DNA of 64,000 nucleotides from an uncultured Gammaproteobacteria bacterium (GTDB lineage Bacteria; Pseudomonadota; Gammaproteobacteria; JAIEPX01): NCBI GenBank assembly GCA_964567285.1, contig CAZMLO010000005.1, positions 55,866 to 119,865 of the forward strand, read 5' to 3'. Shown piece by piece: positions 62,405 to 64,000 of this stretch (position 1 is its first letter; each line of letters starts with the position of its first letter). The notes under the pieces were generated by a model. It saw only the letters and a program-made list of their open reading frames with translations, ran no database searches and was not told where the DNA came from. The position numbers and the translations under genes were made by a program.

Positions 62405-62980
62405 ATGAAAATTTTTTCTAAGCTTTATGCTCAGATGATGCATTGGTCTACCCACAGACATGCACCGTATTATTTATCCGGTTTAAGTTTTATTGAAGCG
62501 GCATTTTTTCCTTTGCCACCGGATGTTATGTTAGCACCTATGTCGTTATCGAAGCCGCATATGGCCTGGCGTTACGCTGCTATGACTGCTGTTGCATCTA
62601 CTTTGGGTGGTGTGATGGGGTATTGCATCGGCTATTTTGCCTTTGAATTTATTTATCCTTGGATTGTGCAAGTCGGTTATGATCAAGCCTATCAAACCGC
62701 CAAAGAGTGGTTTAAAGACTGGGGAATTTGGGCGATGTTCATTGCGGCTTTTACACCCATCCCCTTTAAAGTTTTTACGGTCGCTGCTGGTGCTTTGAAC
62801 ATGGCTATCATACCCTTTGTCTTATCCTCATTAATGGGGCGCTGTGCGCGATTTTTTTTGGTGGCGGGATTAATGCGTTGGGGTGGAGAGCGCATGGATA
62901 CTGTATTACGAAAGATTGTGGATGTATTAGGTTGGGTGGTAATTGTTTTGGCTATCATTCTCTATTTAATTCTAAGGTGA
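62405..62980 (+). CDS. DedA/YqaA-family inner membrane protein
   Basis: 191 aa, 4-5 TM segments, YLSGLSFIEAAFFPLPPDVMLAPM typical of the YqaA/DedA (SNARE-associated) family. Confidence 0.6.
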   Translation: MKIFSKLYAQMMHWSTHRHAPYYLSGLSFIEAAFFPLPPDVMLAPMSLSKPHMAWRYAAMTAVASTLGGVMGYCIGYFAFEFIYPWIVQVGYDQAYQTAKEWFKDWGIWAMFIAAFTPIPFKVFTVAAGALNMAIIPFVLSSLMGRCARFFLVAGLMRWGGERMDTVLRKIVDVLGWVVIVLAIILYLILR

Positions 62981-62983
62981 GCG

Positions 62984-63946
62984 ATGAAACGATTAATAGC
63001 TTTATCACTCGTCACTTTTCTCAGTGCTTGTACCGAAGTAGACACCGTAGCGCCTGTCGAAAATCGAGGGCTCGTAGCGGCGATTAATTCAGATCAATAC
63101 CGTGTGCAAAAGGGCGATACGCTGTATTCAATAGCCTGGGCTTCTAATCTTGATTATCGACAACTCGCGGCGATCAATCATTTGAAAGCGCCTTTTGCAT
63201 TGCAAGCAGGAAAAATATTACGTGTAAAATTACCTTCCTCTCAGTTGGCTCATTTAGAAAAACCCCTTCCTTATTCTAAAACTGTTAAGGTCGGAGCAAA
63301 AAATAACTTACTGGTTTTAGAATCTCCCCGTCAATTGGTGCTGCCGACCCCAAAAGATGAAAAAAAATCTCATTTAAAATCAACGCTTAACGAGCCTTAT
63401 GTTAACCATCAATCGAAAGAACGCTCGCAACTGCCAATGCCAGATCCTGCGCGGCTTTCAGCCCTTCCAACAAATGAAATAATCTCACAAAAACAGACCA
63501 AAATTTATGACTCTAATCATGCCATTAATGAAAAAAATGAACAAGAAGAAAGAAAAGACTTGATTTTTGCAAAAAAATGTGTACACTGCTTTCTATGGCC
63601 GACTCAAGGAAAGATTGTTGGGCAATATTCCTCGAGTCAGTTGGGTAATAAGGGAATTGATATCGCGGGCCAGTATGGCCAACCTGTCAAAGCCAGCCAA
63701 AGCGGAGTCGTTGTTTATAGCGGTTCTGGATTAAGAGGCTACGGTAACCTTATCATTATTAAGCATAATGTCAGTTTATTATCTGCGTATGCGCATAATA
63801 GTGAATTAATCGTTACCGAGGGAATGCAGGTCAAAGCGGGTCAAGAAATCGCCTTTATGGGGCGAGCACCATCAGGACAAGAGATGTTGCACTTCGAGAT
63901 CCGACGCGACGGAAAACCCGTAAACCCCACACAATACTTGAAATAG
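62984..63946 (+). CDS. nlpD: Lipoprotein NlpD (LysM + M23 peptidase domains)
   Basis: Lipobox LSACTE; LysM (YRVQKGDTLYSIAW); C-terminal M23 (GIDIAG..G.PV.A...G.VV). Confidence 0.85.
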   Translation: MKRLIALSLVTFLSACTEVDTVAPVENRGLVAAINSDQYRVQKGDTLYSIAWASNLDYRQLAAINHLKAPFALQAGKILRVKLPSSQLAHLEKPLPYSKTVKVGAKNNLLVLESPRQLVLPTPKDEKKSHLKSTLNEPYVNHQSKERSQLPMPDPARLSALPTNEIISQKQTKIYDSNHAINEKNEQEERKDLIFAKKCVHCFLWPTQGKIVGQYSSSQLGNKGIDIAGQYGQPVKASQSGVVVYSGSGLRGYGNLIIIKHNVSLLSAYAHNSELIVTEGMQVKAGQEIAFMGRAPSGQEMLHFEIRRDGKPVNPTQYLK

Positions 63947-63986
63947 AAAAAAGGATTTTTTCTACCAAGTGTTGTTAAGCAAGGAG

Positions 63987-64000
63987 GCAGCAATGCCAAA
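63987..64000 (+). CDS. Start of next gene (by E. coli-type synteny possibly rpoS), truncated by window end
   Basis: AAGGAGG then ATG at 63987; only 14 nt visible. Confidence 0.25.

Overview
This 64-kb window is from a moderate-GC (about 40-43%) gammaproteobacterial chromosome. The gene order is that of a conserved backbone: nnr, pncB, plsY, amiC, mutL, miaA, hfq, hflX, hflK, hflC, purA, tRNA-Leu, rnr, tgt, mltB, rodA, mrdA, rlmH, rsfS, nadD, holA, lptE, leuS, lnt, corC, ybeY, phoH(ybeZ), miaB, pyrG, kdsA, eno, ftsB, ispD, ispF, surE, nlpD. Several accessory insertions interrupt it. Ankyrin-repeat and other eukaryote-like genes sit in conserved operons, which suggests an intracellular lineage (Legionellales-like: Coxiella/Rickettsiella-like). 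This organism assignment is inference only.

The most striking feature is a low-GC insertion of about 4.7 kb at the 3' end of rnr (RNase R). It carries one giant 1447-aa gene with an N-terminal sacsin/NOV-like GHKL ATPase domain and a C-terminal DUF3883 (restriction-endonuclease-fold) domain. The insertion is bracketed by roughly 240-bp direct repeats of the rnr 3' end. These repeats share a 68-bp identical core; upstream of the core they differ mostly at synonymous positions, the pattern expected at attL/attR of an integrative element. A vapBC toxin-antitoxin module with an operator palindrome lies immediately downstream. I regard this as a candidate undescribed single-gene defense or effector island.

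Other accessory inserts:
- two genes, one ankyrin-repeat, splitting hfq-hflX from hflKC;
- a His/Arg/Asp-rich outer-membrane beta-barrel between rsfS and nadD;
- an orphan protein with weak MobH/TraI_2-relaxase-like pattern but non-conserved catalytic residues, between leuS and lnt;
- an AT-rich block with a phd-vapC toxin-antitoxin module plus two unknown genes before pyrG;
- three unknown genes between pyrG and kdsA.

Two families of small palindromic repeat elements are present. Family 1 (GGTGTCAGGTCTCCCGTTG...CAACGGGAGACCTGACACC, about 60 bp) has five intergenic copies. Family 2 (core TCATCGCGAGCGGAGCGTGGCGATCCAG) has one full hairpin copy, one half copy, and one diverged copy inserted in frame inside rlmH, adding about 43 residues to the methyltransferase. 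This resembles the in-frame palindromic-element insertions known from Rickettsia. No CRISPR array, rRNA, transposase or integrase was seen.
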